Shown: positions 38,801 through 52,686 of the stretch, piece by piece
How positions within the stretch are numbered: position 1 is the first letter of the stretch
Layout of the letters: each line of letters opens with the position of its first letter
Source of the DNA: Balanoglossus misakiensis
Taxonomy: Eukaryota; Animalia; Hemichordata
Reading direction: 5' to 3'
Assembly: GCA_040954595.2 (NCBI GenBank)
Contig: CM082581.2
Location: forward strand, 372,001 to 436,000
Length of the DNA stretch: 64,000 nucleotides
Program-made: the position numbers and the translations under genes
Notes under the pieces: model-generated
Told to the model about the DNA's origin: nothing
The model's input: only the letters and a program-made list of their open reading frames with translations
Databases searched by the model: none

Positions 38801-41800
38801 AAGTCGGATTTCCTTCGGCCTGGCTCTGCAAAAGACCCGACACTCTAGTACAAAGACGTTGGCTAAGTCGGGCAAACCGAAGAGGGAAAGTCACAGCGGG
38901 TCAACACTCGACATTTGTTCGGGTAGGACTGCATTATGGCCTGTTAATTTATAGAGAAAGCCCGAATTTAACCAGGGCGTTCCAAACACTGACGTTAATT
39001 GGGGGCACGGCCTGCAGTACTGCCGGGTAAGCTGACATCGGCGTACCGCATATAATGTAAGGGGGGGGGGGAACAGAACGGTTCAATACTGCATTTATTA
39101 GATATCAGCTAATTTTGGACAATCATCTAAAATCTAAATCATTTTTTCATATTTGGATATCTGATGATGTATGAAATTTCCATTATATGTAAAAATGGTG
39201 CTGATTATAAAAAATGTACTCTGAATGAGCTGATTTATTACAAAATTGCGTTTTATTCGTTTTTGCACCAAAAAGGTCATTTTTAGGCAAAACATTCTTT
39301 ATTTTTTTAATTCGGTGACTTGATCATATATAATCAATTGCTTGTATGTTAAAAGTTTTTATGACTTTTAAAAGTTGTGACACTGGCGGCATTCAACACG
39401 AAAATACAATTTTAGCCACAATTTGGTCAAAATGGTAAATTTTTGAAAATTACAAAAAATACCTGTTTTCTACATTTTCGGAAATCTGATGGAGTATAGA
39501 ATGCTCTTCGTATGTATATATCGATACAAATTCCACAAAAGACCGTCTAATTTGGCTCACTGCAGACAAAATTGCGTTTTACCAAATATTCCTTGAAAAT
39601 GTCATTTTTAGAAAAAAAATAAAAAAACCTTTGTTCTTCGAATTTGGTGCCCCGATCATATATGACATGTTGATTGTATGTTAAAACTTTCGACCACTCC
39701 AAAAATGCAGAGATATTGACGGAATTCAAGAAAAAATAGCCATTTTGGCCATATTTTGACAAAAATGGTAAATTTTTAAAAAATCATAAAAAATTAACTC
39801 TTTTCTTCATTTTCGGAAATATTATGGAGCATGAAGTGTCGTTCTCTTGTAAAAAGTGCTGCATATTCCAGAAAAGGTGGTATAATTTGAATCACCCAAG
39901 ACAAAATTACCATTTTCGCCTTTTTTTCGAAAAATTGTCTTTTTTACAAAATAAATAAGAATAAATTCTTTTCTTAGTTTCAAACGGGTAGAGATACTTT
40001 CCACACAGGTTTTCTAACATTGAATTCCCGTTCATCAACTCTGATTTCCTACAGCATAAATCGGCTAAAACCCTGACACTCTAGAGCAGAAACAGTTGCA
40101 CACTGATAACGTTGAACAAGTCGATTTTTTTACGGCCTGGCTCGGCTAAATCTCCGTCACAATATGACAGACACTAGCGTACGTTAGCAACGGTGATCAA
40201 GTCAGATTTTCTACAGCATGGCTTGGATAAAGCCCCGGCACTCTAGAGCAGAAACACGCGTACAGAGACCACGTTGATCAAGTCTGATCTCCTTCGGCTT
40301 GGCTCGACTAAAACCCCGGCACACTATGACAGACACTAGCGTTCGTTAGCAACGTTGATCAAGTCAGATTTCCTACGGCATGGCTTTGCTAAAGCCCTGA
40401 CACTCTAGAGCAGAAACACGCGTACAGAGACCACGTTGATCTACTCACATTTCCTTCGGCCTGGCACGGCTGATGCCCCGGCACTATATATAGGACACAG
40501 ACTGGCGTAAGTTAACAACGGTAATCACGTCGGGTTTCCTACGGCCTGGCTCAGCTGAAGCCCCGGCACTCTAGAGCAGAAACAGGCGTACATTGACCAC
40601 GTTAATCAAGTCAGATTTCCTACGGCGTGACTCGGCTGGTGCATCAGCTCTATATGACACAGACTGGCGTAAGTTATCAACGGTGATTACGTCGGATTTC
40701 CTACGGCCTGGTTTAGCTGAAGCCCCGGCACTTTAGAGCGGAATCACGCGTACATTGACCACGATGATCAAGTCAGATCTCCTACGGCCTGGCTCGACTA
40801 AAACCCCGGCACACCATGACAGACACTAGCGTTCGTTAGCAACGGTGATCAAGTCGGATTTCCTTCGGCCTGGCTCTGCAAAATACCCGACACTCTAGTA
40901 CAAAGACGTTGGCTAAGTCGGGCAAACCGAAGAGGGAAAGTCACAGCGGGTCAACACTCGACATTTGTTCGGGTAGGACTGCATTATGGCCTGTTAATTT
41001 ATAGAGAAAGCCCGAATTTAACCAGGGCGTTCCAAACACTGACGTTAATTGGGGGCACGGCCTGCAGTACTGCCGGGTAAGCTGACATCGGCGTACCGCA
41101 TATAATGTAAGGGGGGGGGGGGGGAACAGAACGGTTCAATACTGCATTTATTAGATATCAGCTAATTTTGGACAATCATCTAAAATCTAAATCATTTTTT
41201 CATATTTGGATATCTGATGATGTATGAAATTTCCATTATATGTAAAAATGGTGCTGATTATAAAAAATGTACTCTGAATGAGCTGATTTATTACAAAATT
41301 GCGTTTTATTCGTTTTTGCACCAAAAAGGTCATTTTTAGGCAAAACATTCTTTATTTTTTTAATTCGGTGACTTGATCATATATAATCAATTGCTTGTAT
41401 GTTAAAAGTTTTTATGACTTTTAAAAGTTGTGACACTGGCGGCATTCAACACGAAAATACAATTTTAGCCACAATTTGGTCAAAATGGTAAATTTTTGAA
41501 AATTACAAAAAATACCTGTTTTCTACATTTTCGGAAATCTGATGGAGTATAGAATGCTCTTCGTATGTATATATCGATACAAATTCCACAAAAGACCGTC
41601 TAATTTGGCTCACTGCAGACAAAATTGCGTTTTACCAAATATTCCTTGAAAATGTCATTTTTAGAAAAAAAATAAAAAAACCTTTGTTCTTCGAATTTGG
41701 TGCCCCGATCATATATGACATGTTGATTGTATGTTAAAACTTTCGACCACTCCAAAAATGCAGAGATATTGACGGAATTCAAGAAAAAATAGCCATTTTG

Positions 41801-44800
41801 GCCATATTTTGACAAAAATGGTAAATTTTTAAAAAATCATAAAAAATTAACTCTTTTCTTCATTTTCGGAAATATTATGGAGCATGAAGTGTCGTTCTCT
41901 TGTAAAAAGTGCTGCATATTCCAGAAAAGGTGGTATAATTTGAATCACCCAAGACAAAATTACCATTTTCGCCTTTTTTTCGAAAAATTGTCTTTTTTAC
42001 AAAATAAATAAGAATAAATTCTTTTCTTAGTTTCAAACGGGTAGAGATACTTTCCACACAGGTTTTCTAACATTGAATTCCCGTTCATCAACTCTGATTT
42101 CCTACAGCATAAATCGGCTAAAACCCTGACACTCTAGAGCAGAAACAGTTGCACACTGATAACGTTGAACAAGTCGATTTTTTTACGGCCTGGCTCGGCT
42201 AAATCTCCGTCACAATATGACAGACACTAGCGTACGTTAGCAACGGTGATCAAGTCAGATTTTCTACAGCATGGCTTGGATAAAGCCCCGGCACTCTAGA
42301 GCAGAAACACGCGTACAGAGACCACGTTGATCAAGTCTGATCTCCTTCGGCTTGGCTCAACTAAAACCCCGGCACACTATGACAGACACTAGCGTTCGTT
42401 AGCAACGTTGATCAAGTCAGATTTCCTACGGCATGGCTTTGCTAAAGCCCTGACACTCTAGAGCAGAAACACGCGTACAGAGACCACGTTGATCTACTCA
42501 CATTTCCTTCGGCCTGGCACGGCTGATGCCCCGGCACTATATATAGGACACAGACTGGCGTAAGTTAACAACGGTAATCACGTCGGGTTTCCTACGGCCT
42601 GGCTCAGCTCAAGCCCCGGCACTCTAGAGCAGAAACAGGCGTACATTGACCACGTTGATCAAGTCAGATTTCCTACGGCGTGACTCGGCTGGTGCACCAG
42701 CTCTATATGACACAGACTGGCGTAAGTTATCAACGGTGATTACGTCGGATTTCCTACGGCCTGGTTTAGCTGAAGCCCCGGCACTTTAGAGCGGAATCAC
42801 GCGTACATTGACCACGATGATCAAGTCAGATCTCCTACGGCCTGGCTCGACTAAAACCCCGGCACACCATGACAGACACTAGCGTTCGTTAGCAACGGTG
42901 ATCAAGTCGGATTTCCTTCGGCCTGGCTCTGCAAAATACCCGACACTCTAGTACAAAGACGTTGGCTAAGTCGGGCAAACCGAAGAGGGAAAGTCACAGC
43001 GGGTCAACACTCGACATTTGTTCGGGTAGGACTGTATTATGGCCTGTTAATTTATAGAGAAAGCCCGAATTTAACCAGGGCGTTCCAAACACTGACGTTA
43101 ATTGGGGGCACGGCCTGCAGTACTGCCGGGTAAGCTGACATCGGCGTACCGCATATAATGTAAGGGGGGGGGGGGACAGAACGGTTCAATACTGCATTTA
43201 TTAGATATCAGCTAATTTTGGACAATCATCTAAAATCTAAATCATTTTTTCATATTTGGATATCTGATGATGTATGAAATTTCCATTATATGTAAAAATG
43301 GTGCTGATTATAAAAAATGTACTCTGAATGAGCTGATTTATTACAAAATTGCGTTTTATTCGTTTTTGCACCAAAAAGGTCATTTTTAGGCAAAACATTC
43401 TTTATTTTTTTAATTCGGTGACTTGATCATATACAATCAATTGCTTGTATGTTAAAAGTTTTTATGACTTTTAAAAGTTGTGACACTGGCGGCATTCAAC
43501 ACGAAAATACAATTTTAGCCACAATTTGGTCAAAATGGTAAATTTTTGAAAATTACAAAAAATACCTGTTTTCTACATTTTCGGAAATCTGATGGAGTAT
43601 AGAATGCTCTTCGTATGTATATATCGATACAAATTCCACAAAAGACCGTCTAATTTGGCTCACTGCAGACAAAATTGCGTTTTACCAAATATTCCTTGAA
43701 AATGTCATTTTTAGAAAAAAAATAAAAAAAACCTTTGTTCTTCGAATTTGGTGCCCCGATCATATATGACATGTTGATTGTATGTTAAAACTTTCGACCA
43801 CTCCAAAAATGCAGAGATATTGACGGAATTCAAGAAAAAATAGCCATTTTGGCCATATTTTGACAAAAATGGTAAATTTTTAAAAAATCATAAAAAATTA
43901 ACTCTTTTCTTCATTTTCGGAAATATTATGGAGCATGAAGTGTCGTTCTCTTGTAAAAAGTGCTGCATATTCCAGAAAAGGTGGTATAATTTGAATCACC
44001 CAAGACAAAATTACCATTTTCGCCTTTTTTTCGAAAAATTGTCTTTTTTACAAAATAAATAAGAATAAATTCTTTTCTTAGTTTCAAACGGGTAGAGATA
44101 CTTTCCACACAGGTTTTCTAACATTGAATTCCCATTCATCAACTCTGATTTCCTACAGCATAAATCGGCTAAAACCCTGACACTCTAGAGCAGAAACAGT
44201 TGCACACTGATAACGTTGAACAAGTCGATTTTTTTACGGCCTGGCTCGGCTAAATCTCCGTCACAATATGACAGACACTAGCGTACGTTAGCAACGGTGA
44301 TCAAGTCAGATTTTCTACAGCATGGCTTGGATAAAGCCCCGGCACTCTAGAGCAGAAACACGCGTACAGAGACCACGTTGATCAAGTCTGATCTCCTTCG
44401 GCTTGGCTCAACTAAAACCCCGGCACACTATGACAGACACTAGCGTTCGTTAGCAACGTTGATCAAGTCAGATTTCCTACGGCATGGCTTTGCTAAAGCC
44501 CTGACACTCTAGAGCAAAAACACGCGTACAGAGACCACGTTGATCTACTCACATTTCCTTCGGCCTGGCACGGCTGATGCCCCGGCACTATATATAGGAC
44601 ACAGACTGGCGTAAGTTAACAACGGTAATCACGTCGGGTTTCCTACGGCCTGGCTCAGCTGAAGCCCCGGCACTCTAGAGCAGAAACAGGCGTACATTGA
44701 CCACGTTGATCAAGTCAGATTTCCTACGGCGTGACTCGGCTGGTGCACCAGCTCTATATGACACAGACTGGCGTAAGTTATCAACGGTGATTACGTCGGA

Positions 44801-47800
44801 TTTCCTACGGCCTGGTTTAGCTGAAGCCCCGGCACTTTAGAGCGGAATCACGCGTACATTGACCACGATGATCAAGTCAGATCTCCTACGGCCTGGCTCG
44901 ACTAAAACCCCGGCACACCATGACAGACACTAGCGTTCGTTAGCAACGGTGATCAAGTCGGATTTCCTTCGGCCTGGCTCTGCAAAAGACCCGACACTCT
45001 AGTACAAAGACGTTGGCTAAGTTGGGCAAACCGAAGAGGGAAAGTCACAGCGGGTCAACACTCGACATTTGTTCGGGTAGGACTGCATTATTGCCTGTCA
45101 ATTTATAGAGAAAGCCCGAATTTAACCAGGGCGTTTCAAACACCGACGTTAGTTGGGGGCACGGCCTGCAATACTGCCGGGTAAGCTGACATCGGCGTAC
45201 CGCATATAATGTAGGGGGGGGGGGAAACAGAACGGTTCAATACTACATTTATTATATATCAGCTAATTTTGGACAATCATCTAAAATCTAAATCATTTTT
45301 TCATATTTGGATATCTGATGATGTAAAAATGGTGCTGATTCTAAAAAATGCACTCTGAATGAGCTGATTTAATACAAAATTGCGTTTTATTCGTTTTTGC
45401 ACCAAAAAGGTCATTTTTAGGCAAAACATTCTTTATTTTTTAATTCGGTGACCTGATCATATATAAACAATTGCTTGTATGTTAAAAGTTTTTATGACTT
45501 TTAAAAGCAGTGACACTGGCGGCATTCAACACGAAAATAACAATTTTAGCCACAATTTGGTCAAAATGGTAAATTTTTGAAAATTACAAAAAATACCTGT
45601 TTTCTACATTTTCGGAAATCTGATGGAGTATAGAATGCTCTTCGTATATATATATCGATACAAATTCCACAAATGACCGTCTAATTTGGCTCACTGCAGA
45701 CAAAATTGCGTTTTACCAACTTTTCCTTGAAAATGTCATATTTAGAAAAAAAAAATTAAAAAAACCTTTGTTCTTCGAATTTGGTGCCCTGATCATATAT
45801 GACATGTTGATTGTATGTTAAAACTTTCGACCACTCCAAAAATGCAGAGATATTGACGGAATTCAATAAAAAATAGCCATTTTGGCCATATTTTGTCAAA
45901 AATGGTAAATTTTTAAAAAATCATAAAAAACTAACTCTTTTCTTCATTTTCGGAAATAATGTGGAGCATGAAGTGTCGTTCTCTTGTAAAAAAATGCTGC
46001 AAATTCCAGAAAAGGCGGTATAATTTGAATCACCCAAGACAAAATTACCATTTTCGACTTTTTTTCAAAAAATTGTCTTTTTTGCAAAATAAATAAGAAT
46101 AAATTCTTTTCTTAGTTTCAAACGGGAAGAGATACTTTCCACACGGGTTTTCTAACATTGAATTCCCGTTCATCAACTAAGATTTCCTACAGCATAAGTC
46201 GGCTAAAACCCTGACACTCTAGAGCAGAAACAGTTGCACACTGGTAACGTTGAACAAGTCGATTTTTCTACGGCCTGGCTCGGCTAAATCTCCGTCACAA
46301 TATGACAGACACTAGCGTACGTTAGCATTGGTGATCAAGTCAGATTTTCTACGGCATGGCTTGGATAAAGCCCCGGCACTCTAGAGCAGAAACACGCGTA
46401 CAGAGACCACGTTGATCAAGTCTGATCTCCTACGGCTTGGCTCGACTAAAACCCCGGCACACTATGGCAGACACTAGCGTTCGTTAGCAACGTTGATCAA
46501 GTCAAATTTCCTACGGCATGGCTTGGCTAAAGCCCTGGCACTCTAGAGCAGAAACACGCGTACAGAGACCACGTTGATCTACTCACATTTCCTTCGGCCT
46601 GGCACGGTTGATGCCCCGGCACTATATATAGGACACAGACTGGCGTAAGTTAACAACGGTAATCACGTCGGGTTTCCTACGGCCTGGCTCAGCTGAAGCC
46701 CCGGCACTCTAGAGCAGAAACAGGCGTACATTGACCACGTTGATCAAGTCAGATTTCCTACGGCGTGACTCGGCTGGTGCACCGGCTCTATATGACACAG
46801 ACTGGCGTAAGTTATCAACGGTGATTGCGTCGGATTTCCTACGGCCTGGTTTAGCTGAAGCCCCGGCACTTCAGAGCGGAAACACGCGTACATTGACCAC
46901 GATGATCAAGTCAGATCTCCTACGGCCTGGCTCGACTAAAACCCCGACACACCATGACAGACACAAGCGTTCGTTAGCAACGGTGATCAAGTCGGATTTC
47001 CTTCGGCCTGGCTCTGCAAAAGACCCGACACTCTAGTACAAAGACGTTATCTACGTCGGGCAAACCGAAGAGGGAAAGTCACAGCGGGTCAACACTCGAC
47101 ATTTGTTCGGGTAGGACTGCATTATTGCCTGTCAATTTATAGAGAAAGCCCGAAGTTAACCAGGGCGTTTCAAACACCGACGTTAGTTGGGGGCACGGCC
47201 TGCAGTACTGCCGGGTAAGCTGACATCGGCGTACCGCATATAATGTAGGGGGGGGGGGAACAGAACGGTTCAATACTACATTTATTAGATATCAGCTAAT
47301 TTTGGACAATCATCTAAATCATTTTTTTCATATTTGGATATCTGATGATGTATGAAATTTCCATTATATATGTGAAAATGGTGCTGATTATAAAAAATGC
47401 ACTCTGATTTAATACAAAATTGCGTTTTATTCGTTTTTGCACCAAAAAGGTCATTTTTAGGCAAAACATTCTTTATTTTTTTAATTCGGTGACCTGATCA
47501 TATATAAACAATTGCTTGTATGTTAAAAGTTTTTATGACTTTTAAAAGCAGTGACACTGGCGGCATTCAACACGAAAATAACAATTTTAGCCACAATTTG
47601 GTCAAAATGGAAAAATTTTCAAAATTACAAAAAATACCTGTTTTCTACATTTTCGGAAATCTGATGGAGTATAGAATGCTCTTCGTATGTATGTATATAT
47701 CGATACAAATTCCACAAAAGACCGTCTAATTTGGCTCACTGCAGACAAAATTGCGTTTTACCAAATTTTCCTTGAAAATGTCATTTTTAGAAAAAAAAAT

Positions 47801-47840
47801 AAAAAAACCTTTGTTCTTCGAATTTGGTGCCCTGATCATA

Positions 47841-49629
47841 CAGACCCGCCAATAAGTATTTACGCACCCACGTTCTGCAGCGAAAACGTTTCAAAAACAT
47901 GAAATAACACACCTTGCAGACAGTTTTTAGCGAAAATTCAAAAATATTTAATAAATTCACGAGAAACAACAGTTGTACAGCGAAAATCTTTCATGTGCGA
48001 TTAAATTTGAGCGAGAAATATTGACGTAAATATAGATATGCGGCGGAGTCGGCGAAACGTTCCATTCTCTATGGGAACAACAATGCAAAGAACGTCATGA
48101 ATATTCATGAGGTGAAATCGAACGTAACAACTGTCAATAATGGGTATGTCCACCCCTTCTCCTGATGACCTCTCGCAGGCGCTTGGGCATAGTGTCGACG
48201 AGTTTCCGACACATATTTTGCTGGAATTGTTCCCAAGATGTTACAATGCGGTCAAACAGGTCGTCGATGCTGTGAATTGGACGGGAATGAACGTCCAAGT
48301 CGATTAACTCCCACATGTTCTCGATGGGGCTCAAATCTGGAGACTGGGCTGGCCACTCCAACGTAGTAAAATTGTCAAACGGATAGCCGTAATCCTGGGG
48401 ATTTTGCAGAAATGATTTCACAGCCAAGGCAGTATGTACAGGGGCATTATCCTGCTGGAACACAAAATCGGGCCCGACGAGTCTCAAAGCCGATGGTAAC
48501 ATTTCGTTTTGTAGAACGTCCAGGTACTTCCAGCGATTCATGGTGTTCTCGACTCGAACGAGCGAACCCACACCTGCAGCCGAGAAACACCCCCAAACCA
48601 TAACACTGCCACCACCAAACTTTACTGTGGGACTGATACAGTCAATTTCGTACTCCTCGCCAGGTCGCCGTCTAACAAAAACTCTCCCCCGGCTCCTATA
48701 CACGGTGAACTTAGACTCGTCTGACCAAACAACCCGGGACCACTGAACAGGTGTCCAGTTCACATAACGTCGGGCGAAACGTAGTCGCGCTGCGATATGC
48801 CGGGGTTGTAACTTCGGCTTTTTTTTGGCCACACATCCACGGAGTCTGGCTCCTCTATACAATCGGGATTTGATTGTGCTCATACTCAAAAGTTTCCCGG
48901 TATCCTCGTGAAACTTAGCGCGGAGGTCACGGGCCGTCTTAAACCTGTCCGTCAGGCTTGATCTAATCAACATTCGGTCTTCCCGTTCCGTTGTTCGCCT
49001 TGGCCGTCCAGATCGGTGTAAATTGTCCGTGCTACCATTTTGAACAAGTTTCCGAATGTTGTACCTGACGCTGCCTTCGGTGATTCCAAGCTGCCTTGCG
49101 ATTTCTCGGTTTCTCAAACCTTGCCTATGCAGTGCCTCAATTTGACCTTTCACAAATTCAGGAAGTTCGCGAACTTTGGGCATGGTTTCATTGATCCAAT
49201 GTTTACAAACAAAAATTATGCAGCAACCTCCGACGACCTCGATCAGAATATTCATTAGCAAGTCTGGCAGATTTTCCCGCCCCCAAATTTAATCGTAATT
49301 ATATTTAAAAGCTCTGATTGGTGGAGATTTAAATATGAATAGAGGGAAATTAGCCACGGAAACAATGGCGCGAAAAGTTAATGAGATGCAAATGATATGT
49401 TAATGAGTATACCGCCATTGCAATAACCATAGGAATTTTCACTGGCCGGAAAACTCGCCGCGTATACAGTCAAATTCGGCGCGGCAACACATCTGTGTTG
49501 ACTAAAATGGGTTAAACCTTCCGTAGGTTATTTATTTTCGGAAATAAGTTACAGTCGATCGATTTTGTGAATAATTTTTCATGTCAAACGTACATTTTCA
49601 AGGTGCGTAAATACTTATTGGCGGGTCTG
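47841..49629 (-). mobile_element. Intact Tc1/mariner-superfamily DNA transposon (1789 bp)
   Basis: 28-bp perfect TIR cagacccgccaataagtatttacgcacc; TA duplicated at 47839-47840 and 49630-49631; neighbouring satellite units show the empty site gatcatatatgacatg. Confidence 0.97.
48134..49183 (-). CDS. Tc1-like transposase, 349 aa from MPKVRELP (DD42E triad)
   Basis: N-terminal paired-like HTH (NREIARQLGITEGSVR), GRPR linker, WSDESKF, VMVWGCFS, FQQDNAPVH, WPAQSPDLSPIENMW, C-terminal GGHTHY; uninterrupted ORF; ATG at 49183. Confidence 0.95.
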   Translation of the reverse strand: MPKVRELPEFVKGQIEALHRQGLRNREIARQLGITEGSVRYNIRKLVQNGSTDNLHRSGRPRRTTEREDRMLIRSSLTDRFKTARDLRAKFHEDTGKLLSMSTIKSRLYRGARLRGCVAKKKPKLQPRHIAARLRFARRYVNWTPVQWSRVVWSDESKFTVYRSRGRVFVRRRPGEEYEIDCISPTVKFGGGSVMVWGCFSAAGVGSLVRVENTMNRWKYLDVLQNEMLPSALRLVGPDFVFQQDNAPVHTALAVKSFLQNPQDYGYPFDNFTTLEWPAQSPDLSPIENMWELIDLDVHSRPIHSIDDLFDRIVTSWEQFQQNMCRKLVDTMPKRLREVIRRRGGHTHY

Positions 49630-52600
49630 TATATGACATGTTGATTGTATGTTAAAACTTTCGACCACTCCAAAAATGCAGAGATATTGACGGAATTCAA
49701 GAAAAAATAGTCATTTTGGCCATATTTTGACAAAAATGGTAAATTTTTAAAAAATCATAAAAAATTAACTCTTTTCTTCATTTTCGGAAATATTTTGGAG
49801 CACGAAGTGTCGTTCTCTTGTAAAAAGTGCTGCAAATTCCAGAAAAGGCGGTATAATTTGAATCACCCAAGACAAAATTACCATTTTCGACTTTTTTCTA
49901 AAAATTGTCTTTTTTACATAATAAATAAGAATAAATTCTTTTCTTAGTTTCAAACGGGTAGAGATACTTTCCACACGGGTTTTCTAACATTGAATTCCCG
50001 TTCATCAACTCAGATTTCCTACAGCATAAGTCGGCTAAAACCCTGACACTATAGCAGAAACAGTTGCACACTGGTAACGTTGAATAAGTCGATTTTTCTA
50101 CGGCCTGGCTCGGCTAAATCTCCGTCACAATATGACAGACACTAGCGTACGTTAGCAACGGTGATCAAGTCAGATTTTCTACGGCATGGCTTGGATTAAG
50201 CCCCGGCACTCTAGAGCAGAAACACGCGTACAGAGACCACGTTGATCAAGTCTGATCTCCTACGGCTTGGCTCGACTAAAACCCCGGCACACTATGACAG
50301 AAACTAGCGTGCGTTAGCAACGGTGATCAAGTCAGATTTTCTACGGCATGGCTTGGATAAAGCCCCGGCACTCTAGAGCAGAAACACGCGTACAGAGACC
50401 ACGTTGATCTACTCACATTTCCTTCGGCCTGGCACGGCTGATGCCCCGGCACTATATATAGGACACAGACTGGCGTAAGTTAACAACGGTAATCACGTCC
50501 GACTCGGGTTTCCTACGGCCTGGCTCAGCTGAAGCCCCGGCACTCTAGAGCAGAAACATGCGTACATTGACCACGTTGATCAAGTCAGATTTCCTACGGC
50601 GTGACTCGGCTGGTGCACCGGCTCTATATGACACAGACTGGCGTAAGTTATCAACGGTGATTACGTCGGATTTCCTACGGCCTGGTTTAGCTGAAGCCCC
50701 GGCACTTTAGAGCGGAAACACGCGTACATTGACCACGATGATCAAGTCAGATCTCCTACGGCCTGGCTCGACTAAAACCCCGGCACACCATGACAGACAC
50801 TAGCGTTCGTTAGCAACGGTGATCAAGTCGGATTTCTTTCGGCCTGGCTCTGCAAAAGACCCGACACTCTAGTACAAAGACGATGGCTAAGTCGGGCAAA
50901 CCGAAGAGGGAAAGTCACAGCGGGTCAACACTCGACATTTGTTCGGGTAGGACTGCATTATTGCCTGTCAATTTATAGAGAGAGCCCGAATTTAACCAGG
51001 GCGTTTCAAACACCGACGTTAGTTGGGGGCACGACCTTCAGTACTGCCGGGTAAGCTGACATCGGCGTACCGCATATAATGTAGGGGGGGGGACAGAACG
51101 GTTCAATACTACATTTATTAGATATCAGCTAATTTTGGACAATCATCTAAAATCTAAATCATTTTTTCATATTTGGATATCTGATGATGTATGAAATTTC
51201 CATTATATGTAAAAATTGTGCTGATTATAAAAAATGCACTCTGAATGAGCTGATTTAATACAAAATTGCGTTTAATTCGTTTTTGCACCAAAAAGGTCAT
51301 TTTTAGGGAAAACATTCTTTATTTTTTTAATTCGGTGACCTGATCATATATAAACAATTGCTTGTATGTTAAAAGTTTTTATGACTTTTAAAAGCAGTGA
51401 CACTGGCGGCATTCAACACGAAAATAACAATTTTAGCCACAATTTGGTCAAAATGGTAAATTTTTGAAAATTACAAAAAATACCTGTTTTCTACATTTTC
51501 GGAAATCTGATGGAGTATAGAATGCTCTTCGTATATATATATCGATACAAATTCCACAAAAAAAACGGCCAATTTGGCTCACTGCAGACAAAATTGCGTT
51601 TTACCAAATTTTTCTTGAAAATGTCATTTTTAGAAAAAAATAAAAAACCTTTGTTCTTCGAATTTGGTGCCCTGATCATATATGACATGTTGATTGTATG
51701 TTAAAACTTTCGACCTCTCCAAAAATGCAGAGATATTGACGGAATTCAAGAAAAAATAGCCATTTTGGCCATATTTTGAAAAAAATGGTAAATTTTTAAA
51801 AAAATAAAAAATTAACTCTTTTCTTCATTTTCGGAAATATTATGGAGCATGAAGTGTCGTTCTCTTGTAAAAAGTGCTGCAAATTCCAGAAAAGGCGGTA
51901 TAATTTGAATCACCCAAGACAAAATTACCATTTTCGACTTTTTTTCGAAAAATTGTCTTTTTTACAAAATAAATAAGAATAAATTCTTTTCTTAGTTTCA
52001 AACGGGTAGAGATACTTTCCACACGGGTTTTCTAACATTGAATTCCCGTTCATCAACTCACATTTCCTACAGCATAAGTCGGCTAAAACCCAGTTACTCT
52101 AGAGCAGAAACAGTTGCACACTGGTAACGTTGAACAAGTCGATTTTTCTACGGCCTGGCTCGGCTAAATCTCCGTCACAATATGACAGACACTAGCGTAC
52201 GTTAGCAACGGTGATCAAGTCAGATTTCCTACGGCCTGGTTTAGCTGAAGCCCCGGCACTTTAGAGCGGAAACACGCGTACATTGACCACGATGATCAAG
52301 TCAGATTTCCTACGGCCTGGCTCGACTAAAACCCCGGAACACCATGACAGACACTAGCGTTCGTTAGCAACATTGATCAAGTCAGATTTCCTACGGCATG
52401 GCTTGGCTAAAGCCCTGGCACTCTAGAGCAGAAACACGCGTACAGAGACCACGTTGATCTATTCACATTTCCTTCGGCCTGGCACGGCTGATGCCCCGGC
52501 ACTATATATAGGACACAGACTGGCGTAAGTTAACAACGGTAATCACGTCGGGTTTCCTACGGCCTGGCTCAGCTGAAGCCCCGGCACTCTAGAGCAGAAA

Positions 52601-52686
52601 CAGGCGTACATTGACCACGTTGATCAAGTCAGATTTCCTACGGCGTGATTTAAATTACGAATTCCAGATATGCTATTACTAATTAA

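Noticed and set aside
38150-38850. 81-bp periodic array as a CRISPR array
   Set aside because: The whole subunit is homologous between copies, there are no unique spacers or cas genes, and the context is eukaryotic
46731-47036. 27-aa repeat protein encoded by the 81-bp subunits
   Set aside because: Open only because a single tag>cag change removes a stop in this unit; the other units have recurrent stops in the frames I examined on both strands
49184-49261. 26-aa N-terminal extension of the transposase in the ORF track
   Set aside because: It begins at a TTG codon; the ATG at 49183 (MPKV) gives the typical Tc1 start and length
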